IMG/VR virus record: IMGVR_UViG_3300020045_008320 | Location: 1 to 24,874 of that record | Length of the DNA stretch: 24,874 nucleotides | Direction: 5' to 3' (one strand) | DNA from: a virus | Taxonomy: Duplodnaviria > Caudoviricetes | Shown: positions 15,397-24,874 of the stretch, in pieces | Layout: each line of letters starts with the position of its first letter | How positions within the stretch are numbered: position 1 is the first letter of the stretch | Made by a program: the position numbers and the translations under genes | The notes under the pieces: generated by a model | What the model saw: the letters and a program-made list of their open reading frames with translations, nothing else | Databases searched by the model: none | What the model was told of the DNA's origin: nothing

Positions 15397-15786
15397 TTAA
15401 GCCTCTCTGATTTTTTCTTGCATTAAATGATTACCGCCAAAAGTGCGAATTGCTAGGTAAACATACCAACGCCTAAACGCACTCATTCCATTTTGTTTAG
15501 CGATTTTTATTAATTCCTTGTCGGCCTGTTCGCGCCACTTAACTCCAAGCATTCCGTGTGCTATGAATTGATAAAGTGCATCATGGGCAAGCGAAGCTTT
15601 CATAAAACTTTTTGTGTCTATTGCCAGTGTAGCGCCATCCCAAGCGTATCCACGATGACAAATTAATAACCCATTTTTATACAAGCTAGAAAAAGGAAGC
15701 TTTAAATCTTCACTTGGGTAAATTTCTGTTTGTATTTGTTCATCTTCGTGAAGTTGATATTTATAGCCGCCTATATATTTAGCCAT
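15397..15786 (-). CDS. DUF1353-family protein
   Basis: GYAWDGAT...ASLAHDALY...REQADKEL...GMSAFRRWYVYLAIRTFG pattern. Confidence 0.8.
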   Translation of the reverse strand: MAKYIGGYKYQLHEDEQIQTEIYPSEDLKLPFSSLYKNGLLICHRGYAWDGATLAIDTKSFMKASLAHDALYQFIAHGMLGVKWREQADKELIKIAKQNGMSAFRRWYVYLAIRTFGGNHLMQEKIREA

Positions 15787-16301
15787 TATGAAGATACCTT
15801 TGCAGTTACTTCAGGGAATGTAAAATGTAAATTTTCTGGCAATCCAGCGTTCACGGCTTCTTCTGTTATTTGCCAAAAACCACCAATCACAAAAGAACCC
15901 TCCATAGTCAAAGCGGTTCCAATATTTTGCGAAAGCGCATAGCCTTCTAAAACACCATTGCGCAATAGTGGAGTGTTCCATATTTCGTTAACTGGAAAAT
16001 TTTCTATGGTTGCGTTTGCTACAAATCTAACACCCACTGGAATGGCTAGAAAACTATTTTCCGCGTCCCAATAAACCAAATGTTGCTCTTCTGCATTTTT
16101 TGCGACAATGCTTTGAATCGTCACAACTGGTTTAGGGTTTGGTGTATAGGTTGCAATCTCTGATTCATTTTTTGAACCGTAGTATTCACCTATGACAAAC
16201 TCCCCAGATATTTCAGTATTTTTAAAAAAAGAAATATCATCAGGGTATTTTATTAATCGTGTTGTTGCTACATATTCAAGTGGAAATTTAACTAGTCTCA
16301 T
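15786..16301 (-). CDS. hypothetical protein in the tail-fibre region
   Basis: 171-aa ORF coupled to both neighbours in the tail operon. Confidence 0.7.
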   Translation of the reverse strand: MRLVKFPLEYVATTRLIKYPDDISFFKNTEISGEFVIGEYYGSKNESEIATYTPNPKPVVTIQSIVAKNAEEQHLVYWDAENSFLAIPVGVRFVANATIENFPVNEIWNTPLLRNGVLEGYALSQNIGTALTMEGSFVIGGFWQITEEAVNAGLPENLHFTFPEVTAKVSS

Positions 16302-17137
16302 GATGTGCGGCCTCCAGATTCCAAAATTGCTCGTTTAATAACTTTGTCAATATCTGATCTTAAAAAAACTGTTTGAAATTCAGACGTAGCAGCTGGGCAA
16401 ATAACGTAAGAGCCAAAAGGCCACACTAGAGCTATGGAGGGTGGGAGGCTGCATCCTCCCCCAATCACGATTCCTTCATGCGACTTTCCAGATCCATACT
16501 TATCAGACGCTTTTACAGTAATTAAATTAGATGAGCTGGACGCTGAACTAATTTGAGAAAATGTAAAATTTTCGTCTACTGAATCGCAAATGCCTTTTGT
16601 GATTCCTGTAATTGTATCAGTCACCAAAGTGCCCGCTGTAGTAAATTCAAAATACGCACCACTCCGGTTTTTTGTTATTGCTAAATTGCCGTTTAGTTTT
16701 TTCTGAAAAGAACAAGCGCTTGCCGCTGTCGAGTCATAAAAATTGTTTGCAGAAAAACCAAAAGCCGCTCCCGATGCGGGGTTTGCTGCAATTGTAACAG
16801 GTGACGTTATACCTCCAGTTGTAAAATTTAACGTTGCTATATAGTATGTTGTGCCAGCGCTATTTGAAGCCAAGACATAACAAGTATTATCATCTATTCT
16901 AGCGAGGCTCGCGACAAATCTCGCAGCCGAACCATTCACCGTTGCTACGGCAAGAGTCCATACTGTAGCCCCTGAAGTGTTTTTCCCGAAAATACTTGTG
17001 TCTGTATAACCGACCTCAACAACCGTTCCGGCAACTGGAAAAACTGGAATTGATTTTGTCGCTGTATTTGTATATTGTTTTGTCAAAACCGTAAAAACTG
17101 GATCACGATTTAACACATTAGATAATGTTTCACTCAT
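16298..17137 (-). CDS. putative tail fibre/receptor-binding protein
   Basis: Ser/Thr/Gly-rich, beta-strand-like composition; ATG at 17137 follows the upstream stop by 1 nt. Confidence 0.6.
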   Translation of the reverse strand: MSETLSNVLNRDPVFTVLTKQYTNTATKSIPVFPVAGTVVEVGYTDTSIFGKNTSGATVWTLAVATVNGSAARFVASLARIDDNTCYVLASNSAGTTYYIATLNFTTGGITSPVTIAANPASGAAFGFSANNFYDSTAASACSFQKKLNGNLAITKNRSGAYFEFTTAGTLVTDTITGITKGICDSVDENFTFSQISSASSSSNLITVKASDKYGSGKSHEGIVIGGGCSLPPSIALVWPFGSYVICPAATSEFQTVFLRSDIDKVIKRAILESGGRTS

Positions 17138-17138
17138 T

Positions 17139-17882
17139 TTATACAACCTCGTAAGTGTTTGCAGCGGTGCAAACTAGCTCAACAAAATCACCACCGTTTA
17201 AAATTAAATTACCATCGTTCACGGCGTCAATGTTCACACCGTTTCGGGTAATCGTGCATCCATTTCTAGCAATTGTTAAAATATTTAACGCGCTTCCATA
17301 CGCTTTAAATTTATAATAACCTCCAATAGTAGGCGAGGCTAAAAGCGTAGCGGTAAAGCTTGCCGCTGAAATATCACAAAGATTTTTTGAATTATGAACA
17401 ACGTTAAAATTTGCGTTTACAGGATTTTTCCAAGAGTCTGAATAAGTGTAGCCCTCAACTGACAAGCCATCACTTGTGATTCTAATTAATTGCAAAGGAG
17501 TTGCCGCACCAACACCGAGAGAGGTTATAGGAATGGACGAAGGTGTGCCACCACCTAAAAAAATTGCCTGTGCAGTCGTCCAGTTTACCGCCTCAGTTCC
17601 ACCATTCCCGCCGCTGGTGTTTCCAACATTAATTATTTTAAAGCCGCCTGCACTTAAATCAGCCGTTAGCCCTGTTTTTGCAACTCTTGCATTTATCAGT
17701 ACAATTAAAGCGGCTTCTAGGGCTTCTAAAAATTCGTGCAAATCAGGCGCGCCGTTTTGCGCGTCAATAATTTCTTGAATTAATTTATTTAGTGATCCGT
17801 CTATTGAAAACTGTAGTTTTTGAATATATTCAAAATCCCCAGTTGTCAAAAAAGGGTTCGTGCTTTTGTCTCCAGTTTCCAT
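17139..17882 (-). CDS. putative tail fibre protein
   Basis: DLSAGGFKIINV...EAVN stalk-like motif and a C-terminal DISAASFTATLLASPTIG...LTIARNG domain of a kind common in phage fibres. Confidence 0.65.
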   Translation of the reverse strand: METGDKSTNPFLTTGDFEYIQKLQFSIDGSLNKLIQEIIDAQNGAPDLHEFLEALEAALIVLINARVAKTGLTADLSAGGFKIINVGNTSGGNGGTEAVNWTTAQAIFLGGGTPSSIPITSLGVGAATPLQLIRITSDGLSVEGYTYSDSWKNPVNANFNVVHNSKNLCDISAASFTATLLASPTIGGYYKFKAYGSALNILTIARNGCTITRNGVNIDAVNDGNLILNGGDFVELVCTAANTYEVV

Positions 17883-17885
17883 ATA

Positions 17886-18728
17886 TTAAGCCTCGGATAT
17901 TTCGAAAGGTGCACTAAAATTGTTGTAAAAATCATGTACAAAATTGGGGTTATTTGTAAACTTTCCAGCGAAAGAATAATCACGTTCTTTTGCTCCACCA
18001 CTTTCAGGGAACATAGATACAAAAAAATCTTTAGCTTTTGAGGCCACCCTAAAAGATTCAAAAGCCCGAACTCTGTCGCTTTCATCTAAATTTTTAACAT
18101 CAAAATTTATTTTTCTATATTTCTCGCTAACATCGCTCCACAAACTACCGCCAGCGGTTCGCGTTTGTTTTGTGTCATCTATCCAAGAATTAGTTAATCC
18201 ATAAGATGAATTTACTTTTGTTTCAAAATATTTTCCAATATATAATCTAGCAACATCAAAAAAATCTTGCGTTTCGTCTTTTAAAATTATTCTAAAAGAT
18301 TTTGCGCTTACAGCATCAAACCAATGCACGGAATATTTGCGACCAGAGTCGTCAAAAATGCTCGCACCTAACGGGTCAATTCCCCAATCAAGTTCATTGA
18401 GAGCTTTTGAAACAATCGCTAGCTGTTCATCAGAATCGTAAACTATAGCCCCTGCTTGGTCGTCGTCATCATAAAAAATTATTTGCCAAGTCGCTTGGCT
18501 TGTTAAAGTGTTTCTCCACAAAATAACAGAATCAACAATTTTCAATGATATAAAATTTCCATTTATTATTGCTTCTTCCGTGCTGGTGAACCTTGCGACT
18601 CTGCTATTATTGTATTTTTGTATGTTTGTTATTGGCAAAGTTGCTGCCAATGTTGTTCCAGCTCCCGCCGTTATTGTCGCGGCGTCTGAGTCACTTTTTA
18701 TTAGCATTCTAAAATTTTTTGCTGTCAT
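17886..18728 (-). CDS. tail-tip/minor tail protein
   Basis: Second gene after the tape measure; beta-sandwich-like N-half and VARLYIG...SYG...D.T...RTAGG pattern; ATGA overlap at 18728-18725. Confidence 0.7.
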   Translation of the reverse strand: MTAKNFRMLIKSDSDAATITAGAGTTLAATLPITNIQKYNNSRVARFTSTEEAIINGNFISLKIVDSVILWRNTLTSQATWQIIFYDDDDQAGAIVYDSDEQLAIVSKALNELDWGIDPLGASIFDDSGRKYSVHWFDAVSAKSFRIILKDETQDFFDVARLYIGKYFETKVNSSYGLTNSWIDDTKQTRTAGGSLWSDVSEKYRKINFDVKNLDESDRVRAFESFRVASKAKDFFVSMFPESGGAKERDYSFAGKFTNNPNFVHDFYNNFSAPFEISEA

Positions 18729-20203
18729 TTCCATGCCTCGATAACAGAAGACCCGTAACCTATTTTTTCAGTGATGCCAACTATAACCAAAGATTCGCCG
18801 TCTTGCATCCCATATTTATCGTAAAAAACATCCACGGAATCGCCAATGTTTAAAGAGAAAGAAGCGGTCAATGCGTTTATCTCAAAAACTGTTCTGGCTT
18901 CTGACGCTAAACCCATTCGCCTATCTGCTTCATCGTCGCAATCTGTTTTTTCGACTAACAGTGTTTCAATTTCTGGGCTTGCAATTGCATCAGGATAATT
19001 TGTTAAAACGCTTAAATCTTCAGACAAAGAAATAGAATATTTGGCACCGTATAATAATCTATTTGATTCTGTGACTGCGCCAGCTAAACCACTTTTTTGT
19101 TCAGTCCAATTTTTTCTATAACCCAAGCGCACAGAGATTTTAGGGTCAATCACTTTTTTAACAGTAACACCAAAATTTTCTATTTCATCTCTATATAAAA
19201 AATTGTCGCCACTAGAAGGTAGAGAAATTCTCCCTATGCTGAATTCCCCAAGCCTAGTGATTAACCAAAAGGCACCAATTGATTTTAAAAGCTGATCAAT
19301 CGCTTCTAAAATTGTAAATGTGTCACTTTGAATATATAGGCCGCAATTGTAAGGCGCTAAAGTATCAAGCGCCGTGAAAGCTGTGTCGTCTATTTTAGAT
19401 TCATCAAAATTAGAATAATTAGAAATAATTAAGCGAACCAAATCAACCGCTTTCACTTTGTATCCTGTTACGATTCCGCTTGCAGGTTTTGATCCTTTCA
19501 CATCGCAAGTGATTTGCCCTGCTGCGGCGCTAGTTAATGTAAAAGTTCCAGTTGTTAAATTAGCAGTGAAAGCAACCGAAACCCCATTATCCCGAACCTG
19601 TGTTATTGCCTCAATTGCGCCATCATGAACCTGATATTTGCTTGTCGCGGAATCAATCAATAAAGGCGAAACATTAAAGCATTCGCCAAAACATAAAGGA
19701 ATATTTTTGCCATCAGCAACGCCCCCAGAAATAGCAGTGCGCGAAAATGGCGTGTTTATTATTTCACTCTCATCACGGAAAACAAGAATCAAATTATTTT
19801 GTTGAATTGATTTATTTTTCACAACCCCTGAAACAATTTTTCTAAAATCGTCTTTCTCCCAATCTGGGGAACCCATAAAAATATTCAAAGGTTGTAAATT
19901 AAACCAATTATAAATCAACCCTTGTGTGTCGTCATTCAATAAAAGTGTAACCTCTCCACGGCTAACGCTTGCGCCACCATCGAAAGAATCAGAAGCGCTA
20001 CGCCTAAAATTAATTTCACCAACAATCGAATCATCATAGGCTATATTTGCAGGCGTGTCAGAAGGAAAAGAAACAAACGCGCAATTGGCCGCATAACCAC
20101 TTTCTAAAACACCAGAATTTAAAGAAGAGTATTCGACCAAAACGCCACGCATAACGTTTTGGGTTTGTAACCAATCTAAATAATCACCATCACTAATCGA
20201 CAT
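18725..20203 (-). CDS. tail hub/baseplate-like protein
   Basis: Directly downstream of the tape measure (TAATG junction); PLCFGECFNVSP...YQVHDG...VRDNG motif seen in siphophage tail-tip proteins. Confidence 0.75.
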   Translation of the reverse strand: MSISDGDYLDWLQTQNVMRGVLVEYSSLNSGVLESGYAANCAFVSFPSDTPANIAYDDSIVGEINFRRSASDSFDGGASVSRGEVTLLLNDDTQGLIYNWFNLQPLNIFMGSPDWEKDDFRKIVSGVVKNKSIQQNNLILVFRDESEIINTPFSRTAISGGVADGKNIPLCFGECFNVSPLLIDSATSKYQVHDGAIEAITQVRDNGVSVAFTANLTTGTFTLTSAAAGQITCDVKGSKPASGIVTGYKVKAVDLVRLIISNYSNFDESKIDDTAFTALDTLAPYNCGLYIQSDTFTILEAIDQLLKSIGAFWLITRLGEFSIGRISLPSSGDNFLYRDEIENFGVTVKKVIDPKISVRLGYRKNWTEQKSGLAGAVTESNRLLYGAKYSISLSEDLSVLTNYPDAIASPEIETLLVEKTDCDDEADRRMGLASEARTVFEINALTASFSLNIGDSVDVFYDKYGMQDGESLVIVGITEKIGYGSSVIEAWK

Positions 20204-23200
20204 TAAACACTACCTCTTCTTTCGATAACTTCAGTCAATTCTAAAATTCTGCGATTTAGTGCATCAGATTTATTTGCGCTTTCTAAATTTTGAATTCTTG
20301 ATTGTTCTGTTTGTTTTCTTGCTTCTTCTATCATTGCTATTGCTGCGCTCAATTGTTCCGTTAGAGCTGCGTTTGTCTCTGTCAATTTTTCAGGAATTAA
20401 ACCCAAAGATTCAGTTTGAAGCTTTAGTTCTGCTAATAATTTTTCATTCTCTTCTTGAGTTTTTTTGCTTAATTCAATCATCGAATTTTCAAAATCATCT
20501 GAAGCTTTATTCTGTATCTCATCAAGTTTAGGCAGCAGCTCCATGAATGAGTTTTTATAATCCTCTTGCGCTTTTAATATTTTCTCATCAAAAGCACTAG
20601 AGTCAAATTCACTCACTTTTTCGGCCACTGTTTGAACTGGCATTTTGTCAAGTTCAACACTAGCCGCTTGCACAAAATTTTGAGGGTTCGCTGCTGAGTT
20701 TCTTAGCGAAGCTTGAACCGTGTCGAAAATGCTAGTGTATTCTTCACTGCTCGCATAAAAATCACGGGCTTTTTGCAAATAATCATTTGCTGCTTTTATG
20801 GCGTCTTCGCCTTTCGCATCTTCAAACGCTTTTTTGCTAATGTTTAATTTTTCAACAGCAAGCAAAGGCGACAAATCAGAAAGAAGCAACGAATCAGCCG
20901 CTTCTAGCATTTTGTTGGTGTAGTCCAACATTTGTTTTTGGTAAGCTAAATTAGCATCCGCTAATTTTTGCGCGTTTGATTTTTCAACATCAAAAACTTT
21001 TTGCTCGAAATCTATTTTTTCTTGAAAAGCTTTTTGTGCATCTTCTTTCTCTTTTTGAATTGCTTCTATTTGTGAAGCATATTGATTGTTTAAAGCATTG
21101 TTTACTTTATCAATAATTTCTATCTGCTCTTTAGAGCTTTTTCCAGTTAAAGAACCTAAAAGTTCTTGTGCTGTTTTTGGTTTTTCAAATTTTTCAATGC
21201 TCGTTTTTACGTTAGCTCTAGTTGAAGATATAGAGCTTATCAAAGAATCATAAATATTTTTTATTACACTAGCGCTTTCTTTCGCTGTCTCAGTTACTTT
21301 GTTTATTGCCGAACCAAAAACATTTGAAAACTCTTCAGTTTTTGAGATAGCATCATTATAAGAATTTATTTTTTCTTGAATTGATCTAGCTTCATCGCTA
21401 AGTAAAGATTTTAAAACGGCAACTCTTTTTTCAGACTCGCTTGCGGTTAGGTCAAAAAAAGATTTATCCAATCCCAATATTTCATCTTGAATAGCTTTTA
21501 ATTTCTCGACTCTTTCCGCTTCAGCCTCGGTCGCTTCTTCAAGAGCTTTTTTCAAATCTTGCTGTGCATAAATTTGCTCTTGTATTGGGTGCAGCGAGCT
21601 TTCCATAGAGTCTAGTTCTATTTGGCGACGAATCGCCAACGCTTCAGAAGCGAGGCCAAGCTCATCCATCAAAGCAAGTTCTAACTGCTGTTTTTTCTCA
21701 GCAAGAGCTAAAATTATTTCATTCTCTCTCGCTAAATTCTCATAATATTTATTTCTATCTTCTCCAATTGCGAAAGAAATCGCCGCCTCTTCTTCTGCTG
21801 CTTTTGCCGCTTCTTCAAGAGCCTTTTTTAAATCTTGTTGTGCATAGATTTGATTTTGTAATGGACGCAAAGACTCGTCCATAGCTTCAAGCTCTAGCGT
21901 TCTGCGAATTGCAAGAGCCTCTTCAGATTTACCCAACTCATCAAGTAAAGCAAGCTCCATACTTTGACGCTGGTTATTAATTCTTTCTTGTGCTGCCTCA
22001 TAAGCATTTATTTGTGCCGCTTCAGCGGCTAACGCTTTTTCAGCCGCATTAACTTGTGCTTCTGCGGCTTTTTCCGTTGCCTTTATATATTCGTCAAGAC
22101 TAGGCGTTAATTGCATCAAAGAAGAAAAAAGTTTTTGATCTGCTTCAGTTGTTAAATCTAAGCCTTCAACAACATCACGGAACGCTTGGCGGGTCGCTGG
22201 TAAATCTTGATTCAGAGAAGAGAAAGCTTCTTTTAATGAATCGCCTAAAGATTTTACTTTTTCTTCTTCTGTGAAAAAAGCATCAAAATATTTTCTAGTT
22301 TTTGAACTAAACTCTTCAAGGCCGCCCATCATTGAAATAATTGACTGTGATACATCTACAGACATTATTCCAGAAACATTTTTTAATGATAAGCCCATTT
22401 TATCAATAGTATCATTAAAAACAGTTTGCTCTTTTGAGACCCGTGTTAGGGTTTCAAAAGCGCCTTCTCCCATTTTTTGATATTGTGAAATTTGAGGCAC
22501 CATGAACTCAGCGATCAAATCACCTTGTGTGCTGAATATTGCCTCAAGCTCTTTCTGAATTTCTTCGCCGCTTAAATCTTTGAATGAAATTTTGCCTATA
22601 TTTAATTGAAAATCATTTATGCTTTTTGTTGTTTCTATTCCCAACAATTTAAAAGATTCATTTACAGAAGCTCCCAAATAACTAAATATTTGTGAAAATT
22701 GTGAAGATACATCTTCTTCAACACCAATAAATTCATCTTTAGACGTTACTTTTTTAGATAAACCAAAAAGTTTTTTCTTTGTTGTTTCTATTGTGTTGTA
22801 ATATGTAAGCTCTATGTTTCCAGCTAAAATATCGCCTAACTCTTGGGCTTCAAAATTAAACCCTGTATCTTTTAATTTTTTCTTAGTTGTGCCGAAAAGA
22901 GCGTCTAAAGGTTTTTGTGCAATTCCCAAAAAATCAAATTTTTCTAAAACTGTTCCACCAATGTCAAAATTTGAAGTTGTCCCAAGACCAGAAATATCCG
23001 TTCCACTGAATTTGCCACCTCTCACTAATGAAACTGCAAGTTTTTCGATCCCGCTAGACAAACCAACAATCGCACTGCGAATGCCTTGCAATTCTGAAAA
23101 AGAATCTAGCGCAATTTCTTTGTAGTCGTCTAAAGCGTTTGCGATAGATTCAGATTTAGCGCTGGCGTCACCCATCACCGAGCCAGTGCCTTGCGATTCC

Positions 23201-24750
23201 TGAATATCTTTAGGGCTTGCACCTCCGCCACCACCGCCGCCACCAGAGAAGCCAAGGCTAGCCATCACAGCAATCATTGCAGCAACGCCAGCAAAACCCG
23301 CCCAGCCAGATTGCGCAAACATCTTGGCACCGCCAGCGGCAACATTTACGCCAGCTTCAGCGGTTGCGGCGGTGGTTCTCGTGGCTGACAGCGCAAGCTC
23401 TTTTACTGTGTTTTTGATGGACATCGCCAGCTCAATTGCGGAAAGCGTTTTTTCTACAGCGTGTAGCGCTTTTCTACCTTTTGAATTTTCTTTAAACATT
23501 GAAGCAGCAGCGCCAGCAATTTCACCATAACCACCTATTTGCGCTTTTGTTTTTTCTTCAGAAAGTTTAATTTCAGCTTTTGTTAATCCTTCTATTTTCG
23601 CAGGATCGTAAGCTTCAAATTTTGCTTTTGCCAATTCTTCTTCTTTTTTGGCGATAGCTTCCATGTTTGCGGAATAATCATTTAATGAATCAGCAATCGA
23701 GCCAATAGCCTTCGCCACAACAGAGCCAGTGCGCGACCAAGCGCCGCCGAATTCGTCAACGGATTCAATTAATTTTTTATACTCTTCGTTTTGTTTTGAT
23801 AATGCTTCTCTTTGTTCTTCCTCCTGTTTAAATCTATCATCAATGTTTTCTTTAAATTGTTTATCAATGCTTTCGTTTAATGATTTTCCTAGCGCTTCGA
23901 TTTCTTCAGCGGCTTTTCTTCTCTCTTCTGCGATTTCTTCATATTTTTTCTTTTCTTTGTCTAAAGCGTCAATTTTTCTATATGAATTCAAAATTTCTTT
24001 TTGTGCATTTTCGTCTGAAACTTTAGACAACCCATTTTTTATATCATACAGAAACTCAGCGGCTTTTGACTCTTCGCCATAAAGTGCGATTTGCTTTTTT
24101 AAATCTTCGATAAGCGTTTTAGTCGAATCGTCTATTTGTGTTATTGATTCGGCGCTTTTGGCTACGCTGTTTACGATTAAAGAAAAAACTTCAGCGGTTT
24201 GTTGTTTTAAAACACCAAAGTTTGCAGGTAAAACTTTAAGCATTGGAACAAGAGTTTCAGAAATAGACTTTGAAACTTTTTCCATGTTTTCGCTAGCGAC
24301 TTTTCCAAAATCTGCTGAAGCCGCGCGTACAAGAACTAGTTGATCTTTTAATTTTTTTGATTCTTTTTCCGCTTCTTCTATTTTTGCAAAATCTGAAACA
24401 TCGAGCGAAAATTCAAAGCCGGTGAATTTTGACAATTCTGAAGCGCTATTTTTTATCCTCCATATTGCCAACTCTTGCTCCCTTAATTTTTCAACTAGTC
24501 CTTGTTCAGCCAAAGCGCGTTGCGCTGCGCCCATTTCTTTAAATTTTTCTGTGGTTCCTTCAACAGTATCCCCAAGCCTATCAGCTTGTTTTTCCGCATC
24601 GCTTGCGCGAGTTGAAAAATAAACTAAAGCGGCTGCGGCAATAATTACAACACCAACAGGCCCACCGAGGAAAGCCATTGCTCCACTAAGCGCGGTTGTT
24701 GCTGCGGTTGCGACTCTTGCAGATAAAGTCATTGCAGCTAAAGAAGCGGC
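20203..24750 (-). CDS. tail tape measure protein, 5'-truncated by an inversion junction
   Basis: More than 1500 aa, helical Ala/Glu/Lys-rich, with hydrophobic segments (FLGGPVGVVIIAAAALVYF; GWAGFAGVAAMIAVM) and internal repeats. The TTG start at 24768 is probably not the real start. Confidence 0.9.
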   Translation of the reverse strand, partial: AASLAAMTLSARVATAATTALSGAMAFLGGPVGVVIIAAAALVYFSTRASDAEKQADRLGDTVEGTTEKFKEMGAAQRALAEQGLVEKLREQELAIWRIKNSASELSKFTGFEFSLDVSDFAKIEEAEKESKKLKDQLVLVRAASADFGKVASENMEKVSKSISETLVPMLKVLPANFGVLKQQTAEVFSLIVNSVAKSAESITQIDDSTKTLIEDLKKQIALYGEESKAAEFLYDIKNGLSKVSDENAQKEILNSYRKIDALDKEKKKYEEIAEERRKAAEEIEALGKSLNESIDKQFKENIDDRFKQEEEQREALSKQNEEYKKLIESVDEFGGAWSRTGSVVAKAIGSIADSLNDYSANMEAIAKKEEELAKAKFEAYDPAKIEGLTKAEIKLSEEKTKAQIGGYGEIAGAAASMFKENSKGRKALHAVEKTLSAIELAMSIKNTVKELALSATRTTAATAEAGVNVAAGGAKMFAQSGWAGFAGVAAMIAVMASLGFSGGGGGGGGASPKDIQESQGTGSVMGDASAKSESIANALDDYKEIALDSFSELQGIRSAIVGLSSGIEKLAVSLVRGGKFSGTDISGLGTTSNFDIGGTVLEKFDFLGIAQKPLDALFGTTKKKLKDTGFNFEAQELGDILAGNIELTYYNTIETTKKKLFGLSKKVTSKDEFIGVEEDVSSQFSQIFSYLGASVNESFKLLGIETTKSINDFQLNIGKISFKDLSGEEIQKELEAIFSTQGDLIAEFMVPQISQYQKMGEGAFETLTRVSKEQTVFNDTIDKMGLSLKNVSGIMSVDVSQSIISMMGGLEEFSSKTRKYFDAFFTEEEKVKSLGDSLKEAFSSLNQDLPATRQAFRDVVEGLDLTTEADQKLFSSLMQLTPSLDEYIKATEKAAEAQVNAAEKALAAEAAQINAYEAAQERINNQRQSMELALLDELGKSEEALAIRRTLELEAMDESLRPLQNQIYAQQDLKKALEEAAKAAEEEAAISFAIGEDRNKYYENLARENEIILALAEKKQQLELALMDELGLASEALAIRRQIELDSMESSLHPIQEQIYAQQDLKKALEEATEAEAERVEKLKAIQDEILGLDKSFFDLTASESEKRVAVLKSLLSDEARSIQEKINSYNDAISKTEEFSNVFGSAINKVTETAKESASVIKNIYDSLISSISSTRANVKTSIEKFEKPKTAQELLGSLTGKSSKEQIEIIDKVNNALNNQYASQIEAIQKEKEDAQKAFQEKIDFEQKVFDVEKSNAQKLADANLAYQKQMLDYTNKMLEAADSLLLSDLSPLLAVEKLNISKKAFEDAKGEDAIKAANDYLQKARDFYASSEEYTSIFDTVQASLRNSAANPQNFVQAASVELDKMPVQTVAEKVSEFDSSAFDEKILKAQEDYKNSFMELLPKLDEIQNKASDDFENSMIELSKKTQEENEKLLAELKLQTESLGLIPEKLTETNAALTEQLSAAIAMIEEARKQTEQSRIQNLESANKSDALNRRILELTEVIERRGSV
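21533..21969 (-). repeat. about 54-aa repeat duplicated at 276-nt (92-aa) spacing in the tape measure gene
   Basis: RQSMELALLDELGKSEEALAIRRTLELEAMDESLRPLQNQIYAQQDLKKALEEA versus KQQLELALMDELGLASEALAIRRQIELDSMESSLHPIQEQIYAQQDLKKALEEA. Confidence 0.9.
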
Positions 24751-24874
24751 ATGTCTATCGGTGTTCAAGCTGAACTAGGCGGTTCATCGGTTGCGCGCAC
24801 AATGGGTGTAATAAATGAAGCCGTTGCGAAGGGTGGAAAAGATTTAGATAAATTTTCTAAAGCTTTTAATATTG
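24751..24874 (+). other. inverted fragment of a TP901-type tape measure domain
   Basis: Plus frame is open to the window end and reads (M)SIGVQAELGGSSVARTMGVINEAVAKGGKDLDKFSKAFNI, resembling the SxGxxAExGGSA...AVxxGGxxLxxFAK motif of TP901-family tape measure proteins. Confidence 0.7.

Noticed and set aside
21533-21969. Repeat pair as a diversity-generating retroelement TR/VR
   Set aside because: Differences are not adenine-specific, both copies are in-frame in one gene, and no reverse transcriptase is present.
20259-24622. Several plus-strand ORFs within the tape measure gene
   Set aside because: Antisense shadows (Ser/Phe/Leu-rich complements of Glu/Lys codons) with no SD or recognisable motifs.
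1-24874. tRNA genes, integrase/att site, introns/inteins, alternative genetic code
   Set aside because: None were recognised by eye; genes tile densely under the standard code, and dnaE, helicase and ligase show no large insertions.

Overview
AT-rich fragment of a tailed dsDNA phage genome, most likely a siphovirus (long tape measure gene, no sheath gene in view) with a probable Gammaproteobacterial host. The left part (1-14587, + strand) is a recombination/replication/nucleotide-metabolism module: degenerate HNH-like protein, Sak4-like AAA ATPase, DUF669-type SSB, Cas4-like nuclease, dimeric dUTPase, RadD/YejH-like SF2 helicase, stand-alone DnaQ-like exonuclease plus DnaE-type (Pol III alpha) polymerase, HNH protein and ATP-dependent DNA ligase. 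One opposite-strand gene with its own promoter region and terminator (7495-8265) interrupts it. The right part (14617-24750, - strand) is the tail/lysis module: tape measure, tail-tip and fibre proteins, DUF1353, peptidase M15A endolysin and a separately promoted small ORF. The two halves converge on a bidirectional terminator. The most notable items are two miniature copies of host regulator domains: a CapW/BrxR-type winged-HTH lacking the WYL sensor (4280-4513) and a SutA-type RNA-polymerase-binding domain (14417-14587). There is also a CsrA/RsmA-type hairpin before the Cas4-like gene and an inversion junction inside the tape measure gene at about 24750. All family assignments come from motif recognition by eye; no searches were run.
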